NCBI GenBank assembly: GCA_963840455.1 | Contig: CAWIYV010000011.1 | Span: forward strand, 704,001-768,000 | Origin: Nitrospirota bacterium | Lineage (GTDB): Bacteria; Nitrospirota; UBA9217 | DNA length: 64,000 bases | Reading direction: 5' to 3' | Shown here: positions 38,804 through 50,427 of the stretch, one piece after another | Layout of the letters: every line of letters begins with the position of its first letter | Position numbering within the stretch: the stretch's first letter is position 1 | The notes under the pieces: generated by a model | The model's input: only the letters and a program-made list of their open reading frames with translations | Told to the model about the DNA's origin: nothing | Database searches by the model: none | Position numbers and translations under genes: made by a program

Positions 38804-39170
38804 CAGAGCGGGCCGTAAGCCGAGTTCTGTGTCCCCGGTTTCCCGGGGCGGTGAGCATTTATCTGGGCCGTTGATTGCTCAACGGCTCGAGCGATCTACC
38901 CGGAAGTCTCGGACGGGCCGTCCTTATTCCCTTGCGGGAAGCGCTTCCCTATGTGATCTTGCTCCAGGCGGGGTTTGCCAAGCATTCCCGGTCGCCCGGG
39001 AATCTGGTGGGCTCTTACCCCACCGTTTCACCCTTGCCCTTGCGGGCGGTCTTCTTTTCTGTGGCACTTTCCATGGGGTCGCCCCCTGTCCCGTTTCGGG
39101 ACCGCCTTGCCCTGCGGAGCTCGGACTTTCCTCCCCCCGTTTCCGGGGAGCGATCACCTCACCCGCTCTG
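38804..39170 (-). ncRNA. rnpB: RNase P RNA, class A
   Basis: GAGGAAAGTCCGAGCTC, GGAAAGTGCCACAGAAA, GGGTGAAACGGTGGGGTAAGAGCCCAC and ACAGAACTCGGCTTAC; P1 ends pair. Confidence 0.98.
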
Positions 39171-39187
39171 AAATCGCATAACCTTTT

Positions 39188-39291
39188 TTACCGCAGAGGA
39201 CGCAGAGGTCGCGGAGAAAACCTACAACACCCAGGCTTTGTTAATAAAATTACAGCTTCTTCTCTGCGTGCTCTGCGATCTCTGCGGTGAA
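39188..39291. repeat. Palindromic (CGCRGAGnn)3 element, copy D
   Basis: ttaccgcagaggacgcagaggtcgcggag ... ctctgcgtgctctgcgatctctgcggtgaa. Confidence 0.85.
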
Positions 39292-39693
39292 TTATTTTAT
39301 CTTTTCATCGATCGCCTTGTTCGCCAGGGCGTCGGCCTCCTTGTTCTTCTCCCTCGGTATGTATTGTACCTCCACGCTGCCGATCAAGGCAATAAGCCCT
39401 TTCACCTTGGTGTATAGCGGCTTGAGCCCCTCGTTCTTCACTTTGTACAGGCCGTTGATCTGCTTGACCATGAGTTCCGAGTCGGCGAAGAGCCTTACCT
39501 TCTTGGCGCCCGCCTTCGCGGCATGCTCCAGGCCGATGATCGCAGCGGTGTATTCGGCAATGTTGTTGGTCGTCGTCCCCAGGTATCGTGCGATCTGCTC
39601 GAAGGGCTCGCCGTCCCGCAGGATGTAGATGCCGGCACCCGATTCTCCGGGATTGTTCCGCGATGCACCGTCGGTATAGATGGTCAGTTCCAT
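39292..39693 (-). CDS. rnhA: Ribonuclease HI
   Basis: IYTDGASRNNPG, TNNIAEY, DSELMVKQ and N.EADALAN motifs. Confidence 0.95.
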   Translation of the reverse strand: MELTIYTDGASRNNPGESGAGIYILRDGEPFEQIARYLGTTTNNIAEYTAAIIGLEHAAKAGAKKVRLFADSELMVKQINGLYKVKNEGLKPLYTKVKGLIALIGSVEVQYIPREKNKEADALANKAIDEKIK

Positions 39694-39718
39694 GACAGGC
39701 TGGCAGGCTGGCCGCACC

Positions 39719-40441
39719 TTAGGTGCGCGGCGTGAGCGCTTCCTTATAATAGAGGATCCGGGAGCAATGGGGGCAGGTAATGATCTCCGTGTTTTTCTTG
39801 ACGTTCACGAACAGCTGGGGCGGAATGCTCATGAAGCAGCCGGTGCAGGACTCGCCCCGGGCCTCCACCACGACCTTGCCCGCAAGCGAGCCATACCGCT
39901 TCTGATACCTGGCCAGCAGCGGCGCGTCAACGCGCGCAGCCAGTTCGTTGCGCTCGCGCTCGATGGTTGCCAGCTCCGCCTCGAGCTTTGCCATGTTCTC
40001 CTCGAGCTGCTTCCGCTCTGTAGCGATAGCAGCAGCCTCCTCCGCGGACCGGGACTCGGCATTCCTGATCTCCCCGGCTGCAGCGTCGATCTTCTCCATG
40101 AGTTTGAGGATATCGTCCTCGATCGCCTTGTTCTCCTGCTCCACGGTCTCGATCTCCTTGAGCAGTGCCGTGTATTCCTTGTTCGTCTTGATGTCCGGCG
40201 TCCGGGACTTCAGCTTTTCGACCTTCTGCCCACCTTCCTCGAGATCGCGGTCGCGATCGCGCTTGCCCTTCTGGGCGGCATCGAGGGCCTCGCGGACCCG
40301 GTCAAGCTCGGCTTTGTTCGCTTCGCTCTTTCGTTCGAGATCGGCGAGCATCTCGGGAAGCTTTTTTTTCTCTTGATGGCGGGCGCGGATCGCGCCGTCG
40401 ATGTCTTGCAGCCGGATCAGCAGGTTCAATTGTTCTTCCAT
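39719..40441 (-). CDS. C4 zinc-ribbon coiled-coil protein (CT398/DUF164-like)
   Basis: LQDID...long coiled coil...CTGCFMSIPPQ...CPHCSRILY; usual neighbour of rnhA and rnpB. Confidence 0.92.
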   Translation of the reverse strand: MEEQLNLLIRLQDIDGAIRARHQEKKKLPEMLADLERKSEANKAELDRVREALDAAQKGKRDRDRDLEEGGQKVEKLKSRTPDIKTNKEYTALLKEIETVEQENKAIEDDILKLMEKIDAAAGEIRNAESRSAEEAAAIATERKQLEENMAKLEAELATIERERNELAARVDAPLLARYQKRYGSLAGKVVVEARGESCTGCFMSIPPQLFVNVKKNTEIITCPHCSRILYYKEALTPRT

Positions 40442-40568
40442 GGCCCTCTCCAAAAGAAAAATGCGCCTGATGGCGCATTGTTCGTTACGATAGATTTTTT
40501 CGTCTTCTTGATCCTGTCGATGGCATCGTGCTCGAAGCTCATGGGTATTCCGTGCGTCCTTCTAAAAG

Positions 40569-40644
40569 TGGTGGGCCCACCAGGACTCGAACCTGGGACC
40601 AACCGGTTATGAGCCGGTAGCTCTACCAGCTGAGCTATGGGCCC
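40569..40644 (-). tRNA. tRNA with CAT anticodon, probably tRNA-Ile2 (lysidine)
   Basis: GGGCCCATAGCTCAG...CTCATAA...TTCGAGTCC...CCA; paired 1:72, C4/C5 TilS determinants, downstream of rpoD. Confidence 0.9.
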
Positions 40645-40801
40645 GAAGGAAAGGTTAACAGGAAAATGCAAGTTTCAAGATGGCGCGGCATCCGCTCTTC
40701 TTCAATTCACATTTTTTCATCTCGTTCGAGAAGTGCTGTTCCTTCCAGGCGAACGTCATATTGACACAGCGACACCTAAAAGTCAAGGGAGCCGGAAAAA
40801 A

Positions 40802-42625
40802 TTACTCCACAAAGCTCTTGAGCTGTTTGCTTCTGCTTGGGTGGCGCAGCTTGCGGAGCGCCTTGGCCTCGATCTGACGGATGCGTTCGCGGGTCACATC
40901 GAACTCCTGACCAACCTCCTCGAGCGTATGGTCCGTGTGCTCGCCGATGCCGAACCGCCACCGCAGCACCTTCTCCTCGCGGTCCGTCAGGGTATTGAGC
41001 ACCTTGCGTACCTGCAGATGCAGGTTGTTCCGGATGGCGAACTCGAGGGGCGACGCGATCTTCTTGTCCTCGATAAAGTCGCCCAGGTGGCTGTCCTCTT
41101 CCTCGCCGATAGGCGTCTCGAGGGAGATGGGCTCCTTCGCGATCTTCATGATCTTTCGGACCTTCTCCACCGGCAGCTTCATGGTGGCGGCGATCTCCTC
41201 GGTGGTGGGCTCCCTCCCCAGGTCCTGCACCAGGGCGCGCGACGTGCGGATGAGCTTGTTCATGGTCTCGATCATGTGGACCGGGATCCGGATGGTTCGC
41301 GCCTGGTCAGCGATCGCGCGGGTGATCGCCTGGCGGATCCACCACGTGGCGTAGGTGCTGAACTTGTAGCCGCGCTGCCACTCGAACTTGTCCACGGCCT
41401 TCATGAGGCCAATGTTGCCCTCCTGGATGAGGTCGAGGAACTGGAGCCCGCGGTTGGTGTACTTCTTGGCAATGGACACCACCAGCCGGAGGTTGGCCTC
41501 CACCAGCTCGCTCTTGGCGAGCTTCGCCCGCTCTTCAGCCCGCTCGTAGGCACGCAGTGCCTTTCGCAGGCTGTCCGCGGGCACGCCGCAGTCCTGCTCC
41601 ACCTTCTTGACGCGCTTGGCGGCGTTCCGGTAGGCCTTTTCCATGTCAAGCAGCGTCTCGGGCTTGATGCCCACCTTCCTGGCCGCGTTCTTGAAATCAC
41701 GTCCACCCACGCGGACCTTCCGGAAGACCTCCCGGAGCTCGGCGACGGTCCTCCCCGTCTTCCGTTCGAAGGCGTGGACCTCGCGCTCGCTCTGGTTGAT
41801 CTCGGTCACCAGCTCGCGGACCTTCATGACCAGCCGGTCCGTCTGGCGGCAATGGATGTTGAGCGCTTCGAGCTTGTCGAAGAGGGCGTATCGCGCCGTC
41901 TGCGCCTTGTCGCGGATGCTCTTTCGCTTCGCCTCGCCCAGGCGGGTGTTGGCAGCACTCTTCATGAGCGTGTTCAGGTCGCGGCTGTGCTTGTCGATCT
42001 CATTGATGAGCTTGAGCACCCGGGCCTGGAGCTCGTCCTCGTTCTGCATCTGGAGGTCCTCGAAGTCGTCATCGCCGGCGTGCACGATCTCATGGATGCT
42101 GATCTTACCCTTGCGCAGCCGGTCTCCGAGGTCGCGGACGTCCTGCATGGCGAACGGAAGGCTGTAGATGATCTGCGCCGCCTCGCGCTTGCTCTCCTCG
42201 ATCCGCTTGGCAATGGCGACCTCGCCCTCCTTGGAAAGGAGGGGCACCGTGCCCATCTCCTTGAGGTAGAGCCGGACAGGGTCGTCGGTCTTGCCGAGCC
42301 CTACGTCCACATCCTCTTCCTCGGCCTCTTCCTCGGCAGCCTCCTCGGGTCCGGCATCTTCGGTCTCGATCCCCTCCTCGACTTCCTCTTCGCCCGCAGC
42401 CCGGGCCTTGCCGTCTTGGCGGGGTGCGCCAAGCTCGATGTCCATCTCCTCATCGCCGAACAGAGAGATGATGCTATCGAGCTGCTCCGTGGAGACCTCC
42501 TCGGCCGAGATCGGCTCTGCGCCGTCCTCGAATGGGATATAGCCCTGTTCTTTGGCTCCCGAAGGTTTCTTGGCTTCTCCTGCCTTGCCCCGCTTGATCA
42601 TGCCCTTCTGTTCTGTTTTCGGCAT
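40802..42625 (-). CDS. rpoD: RNA polymerase sigma factor RpoD
   Basis: [38 protein letters not shown] and TRERIRQIE motifs. Confidence 0.98.
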   Translation of the reverse strand: MPKTEQKGMIKRGKAGEAKKPSGAKEQGYIPFEDGAEPISAEEVSTEQLDSIISLFGDEEMDIELGAPRQDGKARAAGEEEVEEGIETEDAGPEEAAEEEAEEEDVDVGLGKTDDPVRLYLKEMGTVPLLSKEGEVAIAKRIEESKREAAQIIYSLPFAMQDVRDLGDRLRKGKISIHEIVHAGDDDFEDLQMQNEDELQARVLKLINEIDKHSRDLNTLMKSAANTRLGEAKRKSIRDKAQTARYALFDKLEALNIHCRQTDRLVMKVRELVTEINQSEREVHAFERKTGRTVAELREVFRKVRVGGRDFKNAARKVGIKPETLLDMEKAYRNAAKRVKKVEQDCGVPADSLRKALRAYERAEERAKLAKSELVEANLRLVVSIAKKYTNRGLQFLDLIQEGNIGLMKAVDKFEWQRGYKFSTYATWWIRQAITRAIADQARTIRIPVHMIETMNKLIRTSRALVQDLGREPTTEEIAATMKLPVEKVRKIMKIAKEPISLETPIGEEEDSHLGDFIEDKKIASPLEFAIRNNLHLQVRKVLNTLTDREEKVLRWRFGIGEHTDHTLEEVGQEFDVTRERIRQIEAKALRKLRHPSRSKQLKSFVE

Positions 42626-42672
42626 ACCTGTATTCCTTCCCCCGATTTCTTCTCTGCTGCGAAGACGTTCTG

Positions 42673-44469
42673 CTATTGCGTCTCCCGCCGCCGTATCTGA
42701 ACAAGCTCTTCCTGGAGCGACCGGAGCCGCTCCCTGTCCCCGCGGGACTCCGCCTCATGGATCGCAGCGAGCAGAGACTTCATCCTCTTCGCCGAGCCGT
42801 GCTGCCTGATCCGGTCCACGCAGTCCGCGCAGGTCTTTTCCAAGCTCACCTTCTGGTTCTGGTCCGTTCCTGTCTGGTCGCTGTAGGCTATCTCCAGAAC
42901 GCTGTAATGGGAAATGAGCCGGCCCAGCTCGTCGTCCCCCGGGACGGCCAGCGAGCGCGGATGGAGCTCCCCGCCGCTCTTCATGACCGAGAAGATCCGC
43001 TCGGCGGCCCGCCGGTAGAGCGGGTCCGTGAAGTCCTCGGGGGTGATCTGCTCCGACAGGGTCCGGGCGATGGTCTCGTCCCTCAACATGAGGTGGATCA
43101 GCATTTCCTCGGCACGGGGCCGCTGGCCCTTGTGCGGCGTCGTCCCTGCCGCGGTCCGCTCTCGCGGTCCCGCATGCGCAGTGCGCTGCTTCGTCATCTC
43201 CTGGCGCAGCAGTCCCTCGTCCACGTCCAGGGCCTCGGCGGTCCGTTTGAGATAGTGGTCCCGCTCGATGCCCGAGGGGAGCTTGGCGATGAATCCCAGC
43301 ATCTCGCCTGCCTGCTCTACCTTCTCGTCAATGGACGTCGTGGACCCGCTCCGCACTACCTGGCCGAGGACGAAGTCCATGAACTTCACCGATCCCTTGA
43401 GGCAGGATGCGAAGGCCTCGTAGCCATTCTTCTTCAGGAACGTGTCCGGGTCATCGCCGTCGGGCAGCGACACCACGTTCACCTTCATCCCGCTCCCGGC
43501 GAAAAGCTCGAACCCGCGGAGGGTGGCCTTCACGCCTGCCGGGTCCGGATCGAAGATCAGCATGAGCTTCTGGGCGAACCGCCGCATGAGCCGCAGATGA
43601 CCGTCCGTGAGCGCCGTGCCGAGCGTGGCCACGGCATTCTTCGCGCCGTACTGGTGACAGGCTATCGCATCGAGGTATCCCTCAACGATGATGAAGTAGC
43701 CCTGCTTTCTCGCCGGTTCCTTCGCCTGGTCCAGGCAATAAAGCACGTTGCTCTTGCTGTAGAGCGGCGTTTCGGGAGAGTTTAGGTACTTGGGCAGGGA
43801 GTCGTCCATCACCCTGCCGCCGAAGGCGATCACATGGCCGCTGATGTCCCGGATGGGAAAGATGATCCTGCCCCGGAACCGGTCATAGTGGCCCTCTCCC
43901 TCGCTCCGCTTGACGATGAGCCCCGCCCTCTCCAGAAGCGTCGGCGGATGGCCCTTCTGGCGGAGGTGTTTGAGCAGCCCGTCCCACTCAGGCCGCGCGT
44001 ACCCCAGGGAAAAATCCCTGATGACGGTTTCGGTCAGGCCCCGTTTCGCGAGGTACGCCCGCGCCGCGCTCCCGGCAGGACCCTCGAGCTCGCGCAGGAA
44101 GTAGTCGGCTGCCTCCGCGATGATCTTGAGGAGCGCCTTACGCTCGTCATCGCTCTTCTTTTCGTCGGCGCGCGGCCGGCTCTCGGGGAGCGTGATGCCG
44201 GCGCGGCTAGCGAGCTGCTTCACCGCCTCGGGGAAGTTCAGCCCCTCCTGCAGTTCCAGGAACTTGAAAGCGTCGCCACCGACACCGCATCCGAAGCAGT
44301 GAAAGATCTGCTTCGCCGGATTCACATTGAATGACGGTGTTTTCTCGCTGTGGAACGGGCAGAGCCCCAGCCAGTTCTTGCCCGCTTTCTTAAGCGAAAC
44401 ATACCCTGAGACAACGTCGTAGATGTCGACACTGTCCCGCACCCGACGTATGACATCTTCACTATACAC
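42673..44469 (-). CDS. dnaG: DNA primase
   Basis: [11 protein letters not shown]...CFGC zinc finger; KYLNSPET and VEGYLD TOPRIM motifs. Confidence 0.98.
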   Translation of the reverse strand: MYSEDVIRRVRDSVDIYDVVSGYVSLKKAGKNWLGLCPFHSEKTPSFNVNPAKQIFHCFGCGVGGDAFKFLELQEGLNFPEAVKQLASRAGITLPESRPRADEKKSDDERKALLKIIAEAADYFLRELEGPAGSAARAYLAKRGLTETVIRDFSLGYARPEWDGLLKHLRQKGHPPTLLERAGLIVKRSEGEGHYDRFRGRIIFPIRDISGHVIAFGGRVMDDSLPKYLNSPETPLYSKSNVLYCLDQAKEPARKQGYFIIVEGYLDAIACHQYGAKNAVATLGTALTDGHLRLMRRFAQKLMLIFDPDPAGVKATLRGFELFAGSGMKVNVVSLPDGDDPDTFLKKNGYEAFASCLKGSVKFMDFVLGQVVRSGSTTSIDEKVEQAGEMLGFIAKLPSGIERDHYLKRTAEALDVDEGLLRQEMTKQRTAHAGPRERTAAGTTPHKGQRPRAEEMLIHLMLRDETIARTLSEQITPEDFTDPLYRRAAERIFSVMKSGGELHPRSLAVPGDDELGRLISHYSVLEIAYSDQTGTDQNQKVSLEKTCADCVDRIRQHGSAKRMKSLLAAIHEAESRGDRERLRSLQEELVQIRRRETQ

Positions 44470-44470
44470 C

Positions 44471-46855
44471 TTATTTTTTCAACTCCACAACAGCTACCCC
44501 GGCCCCGCCCTCGGCGGGCTCACCGGACCGGAAGGATGCGACGAGGGGATTGCCCTTCAGAAACTCCGTCACTGCTGCCTTGAGCGCTCCTGTGCCGAGT
44601 CCGTGGATGATCATGACCTGATGGAACCCCTGAACGCCCGCCCGGTCAATGAACCGCTCCACTTCGGCGAGCGCGTCGTCCACGCGCAGGCCGAGGAGGT
44701 TCACGCGGTCAGGCATGCCTTCGCGCTCCACAAGGTCCGCGCCCCACCCTGACGCCGGACCGGCCTGCCTTATCTCCGCAACCTGTTCGTCCGGAACCAC
44801 GTCTCGAATCGGGAGCCTGAGCTTCAGGCCGTCGGCGTCGATCTCGAGCACATTGCCGTGCGCGAACAGCACGGTGCCCGTCTTCTTGAGCTTCGGGACC
44901 CGTACCCGGTCGCCGGGACGGATCTTTCCGTGAACAACCGGGGGCAGTTCATCCGGTCCCTCGTCCGCCGGTTCAAGCTTCTTCACCAGGGCCTCGATCT
45001 CCCGGCGTTCCTGCGCGACCGTTGCCCGGTCAAGCATTGCGGTGCCGGACAGGTCCTTCAGTTTCCGCCGGAGGTCTGCGAGCACCTCGCGAGCCTCCTG
45101 CCTTGCTTTCTCCTTGGCGGTCCGCATGTCCTCGGACGCATTCCTCAGGAGCTGCTCGGTTTCCGACTTGAAGCGGTGCGCCGCGGCCAGGTCCTGCTCC
45201 GCCTGCTGCCGTTCGGACCGGAGCTTCCTTGCATCCTCTTCTACCTGCTCCAGGAGCCGGTCGAGGTCGGCCTCGTCGCTGGTGAGACGCGAGCGGGCGT
45301 CCTGCACGACGCTGTCCGGTACTCCGAGCCGGGCCGCCATGTCCAGTCCGTAGCTCCTGCCCGGCCTTCCCAGGATGAACCGGTAGGTTGGTTTCAGTGT
45401 CTCGGGGTCGAACTCCATGGCCCCGTTGACCGCGCCGTTGGTATGGGCCCCGAAAAGCTTGAGCGCGCTGTGGTGCGTGGTGATGACGCTCATGCCGTTA
45501 CATTCAAGCAGCCTCGTAAGGACCGCTGCGCCCAGGGCCGCACCCTCCGCAGGGTCCGTGCCCGAGCCCAGCTCATCGAGCAGGACGAGGGAATCCTTTC
45601 CCGCCTCGTTGAGGATCCCTGCGATCTGGCCTACGTGGGAGGAGAATGTGCTCAGGTCCTGCTCAAGGCTCTGCTCGTCGCCGATGTCGGCGAAGATGCC
45701 GCTGAAGACCGGAAGTTCGCTCCCCTCTGCCGCGGTCACCGGGATGCCTGCCTGCGCAATAAGGCAAAGGAGGCCGATGGTCTTGAGGACGACGGTCTTG
45801 CCGCCGGCGTTCGGCCCGCTGATGATGAGTGCCCGGCTGTTCCCGGACAGGTTGATGTCGTTCGGGACCGCGTCCTGCGCTGCGGCGCCCGCTTTGCGCT
45901 TTGCAACGATCAGCGGGTGGCGCGCGGCGCGAAGAGCAATCCCGCCGTGTTCGGAAAGCTCCGGCACGACCGCCTTGAACTCGACACCGAACCGCGCACG
46001 CGCCGTGATAGCGTCGATGTCCGCCGCGGCCTCGACCGATTCCCCGATAACGGCCGCGTCCTGTGCCGCTAACGCCGAAAGCTCCCGCAGGATGCGCTCC
46101 GTCTCCTCGCGTTCTTCCATGCGGAGCTCGGCGAGCCGGTTGTTCTGCTCCACGACCTCGAGCGGCTCGACGAAGAGTGTCGCGCGCGAACCGGAGTGGC
46201 CGTGCACGACACCCTTGATGCTCTGCCGGAAGTTCGGTTTGAGCGGCATCACGTACCGGTCATCGCGGACCGTGATCAGCTGCTCCTGGACCACGTTCTT
46301 CGCATCCTCGTTCCGGAGGATGCGCGACAGGCGGTCCATGATAGTGTCCCGCGTCCGGCCGATGAGCTTCCGGACCCTGCGGAGCTCGGGGCTGGCCGAG
46401 TCCCGGACCTCGCCGGTCTCGTCGATCGCCGCGTGCACCGCGTCCTCAAGGGGCTTGAGCGGCGTGATCTTCGCCGCCCGCGCGCACAGGAGCGGCGCTG
46501 CGCGCCGCCCCGTCGCATCGCCCTCGAAGCGCTGGCAAAAGGCCTTGAGCCTGCGCGCCGCGGCAAGTGTCGCCGCGATTGCGAGCAGCTCGCCGGGCGG
46601 GAGCATCACACCGGTCGCGCGGAGCTTCTCAAGCAAGGGACCGATGTCCCCGATGGCATCCAGTGGCGGGTGCTCGCCCGCGGCAAATATCCCGAGGAGT
46701 TCCTGCGTTTCCGCAAGCCGCTCCGCAACGGTGTCCGGGTCAGGCGAGGGAAGGAGCCGGAGGACCGCCGCCCGTCCGGGCTCCGAGGCCGCGAAGCGGG
46801 CCATGATCTCCCGAACCTTGTCGTACTCCAGGACCTTGAGTGCGTGGTCGTTCAT
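44471..46855 (-). CDS. mutS2: Endonuclease MutS2
   Basis: GPNAGGKT, IGDEQS.EQ.LSTFSSH and LLDELGSGTDP motifs; C-terminal Smr domain IIHGLGTGAL. Confidence 0.96.
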   Translation of the reverse strand: MNDHALKVLEYDKVREIMARFAASEPGRAAVLRLLPSPDPDTVAERLAETQELLGIFAAGEHPPLDAIGDIGPLLEKLRATGVMLPPGELLAIAATLAAARRLKAFCQRFEGDATGRRAAPLLCARAAKITPLKPLEDAVHAAIDETGEVRDSASPELRRVRKLIGRTRDTIMDRLSRILRNEDAKNVVQEQLITVRDDRYVMPLKPNFRQSIKGVVHGHSGSRATLFVEPLEVVEQNNRLAELRMEEREETERILRELSALAAQDAAVIGESVEAAADIDAITARARFGVEFKAVVPELSEHGGIALRAARHPLIVAKRKAGAAAQDAVPNDINLSGNSRALIISGPNAGGKTVVLKTIGLLCLIAQAGIPVTAAEGSELPVFSGIFADIGDEQSLEQDLSTFSSHVGQIAGILNEAGKDSLVLLDELGSGTDPAEGAALGAAVLTRLLECNGMSVITTHHSALKLFGAHTNGAVNGAMEFDPETLKPTYRFILGRPGRSYGLDMAARLGVPDSVVQDARSRLTSDEADLDRLLEQVEEDARKLRSERQQAEQDLAAAHRFKSETEQLLRNASEDMRTAKEKARQEAREVLADLRRKLKDLSGTAMLDRATVAQERREIEALVKKLEPADEGPDELPPVVHGKIRPGDRVRVPKLKKTGTVLFAHGNVLEIDADGLKLRLPIRDVVPDEQVAEIRQAGPASGWGADLVEREGMPDRVNLLGLRVDDALAEVERFIDRAGVQGFHQVMIIHGLGTGALKAAVTEFLKGNPLVASFRSGEPAEGGAGVAVVELKK

Positions 46856-46910
46856 GATCGGGAATGCCGCGGCCCGGGTCGTCCTCGGTCCGTCCTGCTC
46901 ACGGCTCCAG

Positions 46911-46950
46911 AAAAAAATAACAGGGGGCCCCGGTCCTCGTGGCCCCCTGT
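46911..46950 (-). terminator. Terminator after yqeY
   Basis: AACAGGGGGCC...GGCCCCCTGTT followed by a T tract. Confidence 0.75.
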
Positions 46951-46996
46951 TCTGCTGAACTGTTTCCGTGAGTCACTTCTCCATACCGCCAAGTCC

Positions 46997-47440
46997 CTAC
47001 ACCAATGAGCTTTTGACCAGTTCGCTCACCAGCTTGTTGTCCGCCCGTCCCGCGAGGAGAGGCACCAGGGCCTTCATGACCTTGCCCATGTCCTTCGCTC
47101 CCTGCGCGCCGGTCTGTGCGATGACGTCGCGAACGATCTTCTCGATCTCCTCGCGGGCCATCTGCTGGGGCAGGTACACCTCAAGGACGGCGACCTCCGC
47201 CGCCTCCTTGTCCACCAGGTCCTGTCTGCCGCCCTTGGCAAACTGCTCGATGGAGTCCTTGCGCTGCTTGATGAGGGAACGCACGGTGTCGACGATCTCT
47301 CCGTCAACAAGCGGCGCCCGCTTCTCGATCTGTTTGTTCTTGAGTGCGGCGGAGAGCATCCGCAGGGCCGAAACCTTGTCCTTGGCGCCGGATTTCATGG
47401 CGCTTTTGATATCGACGTCGATCTGATCCCGTAGTCCCAT
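46997..47440 (-). CDS. yqeY: GatB/YqeY domain protein
   Basis: KQRKDSIEQF..GGR.DL...YLP...DMGKVM motif. Confidence 0.95.
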   Translation of the reverse strand: MGLRDQIDVDIKSAMKSGAKDKVSALRMLSAALKNKQIEKRAPLVDGEIVDTVRSLIKQRKDSIEQFAKGGRQDLVDKEAAEVAVLEVYLPQQMAREEIEKIVRDVIAQTGAQGAKDMGKVMKALVPLLAGRADNKLVSELVKSSLV

Positions 47441-47447
47441 CTGCGTC

Positions 47448-47660
47448 CTATCCGTTCCTGAACATGCGAGCGGTCTTCGCGGCCTTCTTCCTCGCCGCGA
47501 TCGCCTTCTTCTTCCGCTTCACGCTCGGCTTCTCATATGCCTCGCGCTTCTTCACCTCGGAAAGGATGCCTTCCTTTTCGATGCTCTTCTTGAACCTGCG
47601 GAGCGCTGCTTCAAACGGCTCATTGTCTCGTAATCGTATGCTCGGCACTTTTACCTGCAC
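47448..47660 (-). CDS. rpsU: 30S ribosomal protein S21
   Basis: ALRRFKK...[14 protein letters not shown]; TTGACA-17 bp-TAATTT promoter at 47762-47790. Confidence 0.97.
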   Translation of the reverse strand: MQVKVPSIRLRDNEPFEAALRRFKKSIEKEGILSEVKKREAYEKPSVKRKKKAIAARKKAAKTARMFRNG

Positions 47661-47865
47661 CCCCCTCCTGGCTGTATCTTTATGATAATATTGATAAATA
47701 TTTTAAAAGACCCTGCAAAAAAGAACCTATTGAGACCTGATCAGAACGCTTGTAAAGATTAAAATTAACAACTCCGCCCTATCTTGTCAAGGGAAATATT
47801 GCTTTTTTTCTTATATTTTTGCAGAGTTCCGAGCACTGCAACTCGTCACCGAGGAAGACGGATCG

Positions 47866-49071
47866 TCAACTCCGGTAGGCTGCATTGATCTTCACATATT
47901 CCGTGGAAAGATCGCAGGTCCATATCGTGGATTCACCCTTCCCCTTGTGCAGGTCAATGCCAATGTGGACCTCCCGCTGCTTCAGCGCCGCTGAAGCTTC
48001 CTTCTCGGCGTGCTTACCCATGCTCACCCCTTTTTCCACGAGCTTCGACTTGCCAAAGGAGATGTCGGTCCGCGCCTCGTCCATATCGACGCCGCAGCTC
48101 CCCAGGACGGCCATGATCCGCCCCCAGTTCGCGTCCTCACCGAAGAGGGCTGTCTTGACCAGGCTGGACTTCGCAACGGCAGAGGCCGCGCGCCTTGCCT
48201 CGACAGGGTTCTTCGCACCGCGGACCATGATCTCCACGAACTTCGTTGCACCCTCGCCGTCCTTCACCACCTGCATCGCAAGGGACCGGGTCACTGCATC
48301 GAGGCACGCCTGCAGCTTCTTGTAGTCCTTCGTACCCGGCGCGACCCGCTTGTTGCCTGCGGCGCCGTTGGCCATGCACAGGACCATGTCGTTGGTGCTG
48401 GTGTCTCCGTCCACGGTGATCACGTTGAACGACCGGTCAACGGAGGAGGTCAGCATCTTCCTGAGCATGGGCGCTGCGATGAGCGTGTCGGTCACGATAA
48501 AACAGAGCATGGTGGCCATGTCGGGGTGGATCATGCCGGAGCCCTTGGCGATGCCGGCAAGCGTGATGGTCTTTCCGCCGATCTCCTCCTGGACAACGGC
48601 GATCTTGGCATAGATGTCCGTCGTCATGATGGCCTCGGCCGCCTGTCCCCATCCGGCCGGCGACAGGAGCCCCGCGGCGGTCGCGACGCCGGTTCTGATC
48701 TTCGGAACCGGGAGCATCTCCCCGATGACACCGGTGGAGGCAACATAGACCAGGTCGGGCTTCGTGCCGAACTCGTTCGCCACGATCTCCGCCGTCTCGC
48801 GGGCGTCAAGGTGGCCCTGCTTTCCGGTGCAGGCATTGGCGCACCCGCTATTGGCAACAATGATCCTTCCCTTGCCGGACCTCACCTTGGCCATGCCGAT
48901 CACCACTGATGCCGCCTTGACCCGGTTCTTCGTGAATACGCCCGCTATGGATGCCTCACGGTCCGAGATGATGATAGCCAGGTCCTTCTTGTCGGTCTTC
49001 TTGATCCCGCAATGGATCCCCCAGGCCTTGTAGCCTGGTACGGAAAAGTTCTTTGCGTCGAGATTTTTCAT
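47866..49071 (-). CDS. argJ: Ornithine acetyltransferase / N-acetylglutamate synthase
   Basis: NSGCANACTG, KGSGMIHPDMATML, DGDTSTND, DGEGATK and INAAYRS motifs. Confidence 0.97.
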   Translation of the reverse strand: MKNLDAKNFSVPGYKAWGIHCGIKKTDKKDLAIIISDREASIAGVFTKNRVKAASVVIGMAKVRSGKGRIIVANSGCANACTGKQGHLDARETAEIVANEFGTKPDLVYVASTGVIGEMLPVPKIRTGVATAAGLLSPAGWGQAAEAIMTTDIYAKIAVVQEEIGGKTITLAGIAKGSGMIHPDMATMLCFIVTDTLIAAPMLRKMLTSSVDRSFNVITVDGDTSTNDMVLCMANGAAGNKRVAPGTKDYKKLQACLDAVTRSLAMQVVKDGEGATKFVEIMVRGAKNPVEARRAASAVAKSSLVKTALFGEDANWGRIMAVLGSCGVDMDEARTDISFGKSKLVEKGVSMGKHAEKEASAALKQREVHIGIDLHKGKGESTIWTCDLSTEYVKINAAYRS

Positions 49072-49232
49072 GGGTCCTGTCCTTTATCGTAAAGCGTTCC
49101 TGCCGCGGAGGCGGCAGATGTAACGAAGCGCATGACGGTAGAACTGCGCGGCCTTCCTGAACTGTGCCGTGACTGACCTGCGGCTCGACTGAGCTCGCTG
49201 ATGTCCTCCCTGATGGAATGATGCTGCTGTCC

Positions 49233-50285
49233 CTACGGGCAGAGCCCCGCGAACTTGAGGCCCGCGGTCTCTTCGAACCCCATCATAAGATTCATGTTCT
49301 GGACCGCCTGGCCAGATGCACCCTTCACCAGGTTGTCGATGGCAGTCACGATCACGGCGCGGCCTGTGCGGACGTCGGAGTGCACGCCGATGTCGCAGAA
49401 GTTCGAACCCCGCACATTCCGGACGTTCGGGAATTGCCCGAGCGGAAGTAACCGTACGAACGGCTCGTTCCGGTAAAATTCCTGGAAGACAGCGTGGAGC
49501 GATCCGGTGTCCGCAGGCCCAGTGAGCTTCGCATAGATCGTCGACAGGATGCCCCTGGTCATCGGCACGAGGTGGGGTGTGAATGAGAGCACCACCGATG
49601 CGCCTGCAAGGAGCGACAGCTCCTGCTCGATCTCCGGCGTGTGACGGTGGGTCCCCACCTTGTATGCCATGAAGCCCTCGTTCGCCTCCGGGTAATGGTA
49701 GGCAAGCGCCGGGCTCCTGCCCGCGCCCGAGACCCCGGACTTGGAATCGACCACAATGGTGCCGACGTCGATCATCTTCTTCGCGACGACCGGTGCGAGG
49801 CCGAGGATGGCGCTCGTGGGGTAACAGCCCGGGTTCGCGATGAGCGATGCCTTCCTGATCCTCTCGCGATGAAGCTCCGGGAGCCCGTACACCGCGCTTT
49901 TCAGGAGGTCGGGATACTGGTGGCAATGCTCGTACCATGTCTCGTACAGCGCCGGGTCCGCCAGCCGGTAATCGGCCGAGAGGTCAACGACCTTGACGCC
50001 CAACTTGCGGAGCTGGAAAGCCGCCTCCTGCGCGGTCACGTGCGGCAGGGCAAGGAACGCAAGGTCCGCCTTCTTCGCGATGGACGCGGGGTCCAGCGGC
50101 TCGCAAATAAGGTCCGAGAGCCCCAGGAGATGCGGAAAGATGTCGGTGATCGGCTTGCCGGCCGACTTTTCCGAGGTCACGACCGTAACTTCAGCACTGG
50201 GATGATACAGCAGGATGCGGTACAGTTCCCCGCCGGTGTACCCGCTGGAACCCACGATGGCTATTTTGAGCTTATCGTTCTTCAT
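49233..50285 (-). CDS. argC: N-acetyl-gamma-glutamyl-phosphate reductase
   Basis: [25 protein letters not shown] and [14 protein letters not shown] motifs. Confidence 0.97.
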   Translation of the reverse strand: MKNDKLKIAIVGSSGYTGGELYRILLYHPSAEVTVVTSEKSAGKPITDIFPHLLGLSDLICEPLDPASIAKKADLAFLALPHVTAQEAAFQLRKLGVKVVDLSADYRLADPALYETWYEHCHQYPDLLKSAVYGLPELHRERIRKASLIANPGCYPTSAILGLAPVVAKKMIDVGTIVVDSKSGVSGAGRSPALAYHYPEANEGFMAYKVGTHRHTPEIEQELSLLAGASVVLSFTPHLVPMTRGILSTIYAKLTGPADTGSLHAVFQEFYRNEPFVRLLPLGQFPNVRNVRGSNFCDIGVHSDVRTGRAVIVTAIDNLVKGASGQAVQNMNLMMGFEETAGLKFAGLCP

Positions 50286-50301
50286 GGTTAATATGGTTAA
50301 T

Positions 50302-50330
50302 AAAAAAGGGAAGGCATCTTCACCTTCCCT
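50302..50330 (-). terminator. Terminator between rpsI and argC
   Basis: AGGGAAGG...CCTTCCCT followed by TTTTT. Confidence 0.7.
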
Positions 50331-50427
50331 CGATCGTTCAATAACAGGGTGCACGTCCTCAATGTGATCGCTAGCCCTCTCCGGGGGTCCGCCCGGGAAA
50401 CGAACAGCCCCCTCGCAAAGCCCCGGT

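Noticed and set aside
38829-39290. ORFs 38829-39290, 38875-39171, 38924-39157 and 38975-39181
   Set aside because: They overlap the RNase P RNA gene and a repeat; spurious.
13788-39291. Repeated ACCGCAGAG elements as a CRISPR array
   Set aside because: Copies are dispersed inverted repeats with single loops, not direct repeats with regular spacers; no cas genes in the window.
40569-40644. Initiator tRNA-fMet
   Set aside because: The 1:72 pair is G-C and the anticodon stem lacks three consecutive G-C pairs; features fit Ile2.
40637-46958. Plus-strand ORFs opposite rpoD, dnaG and mutS2
   Set aside because: Antisense shadows of well-supported genes.
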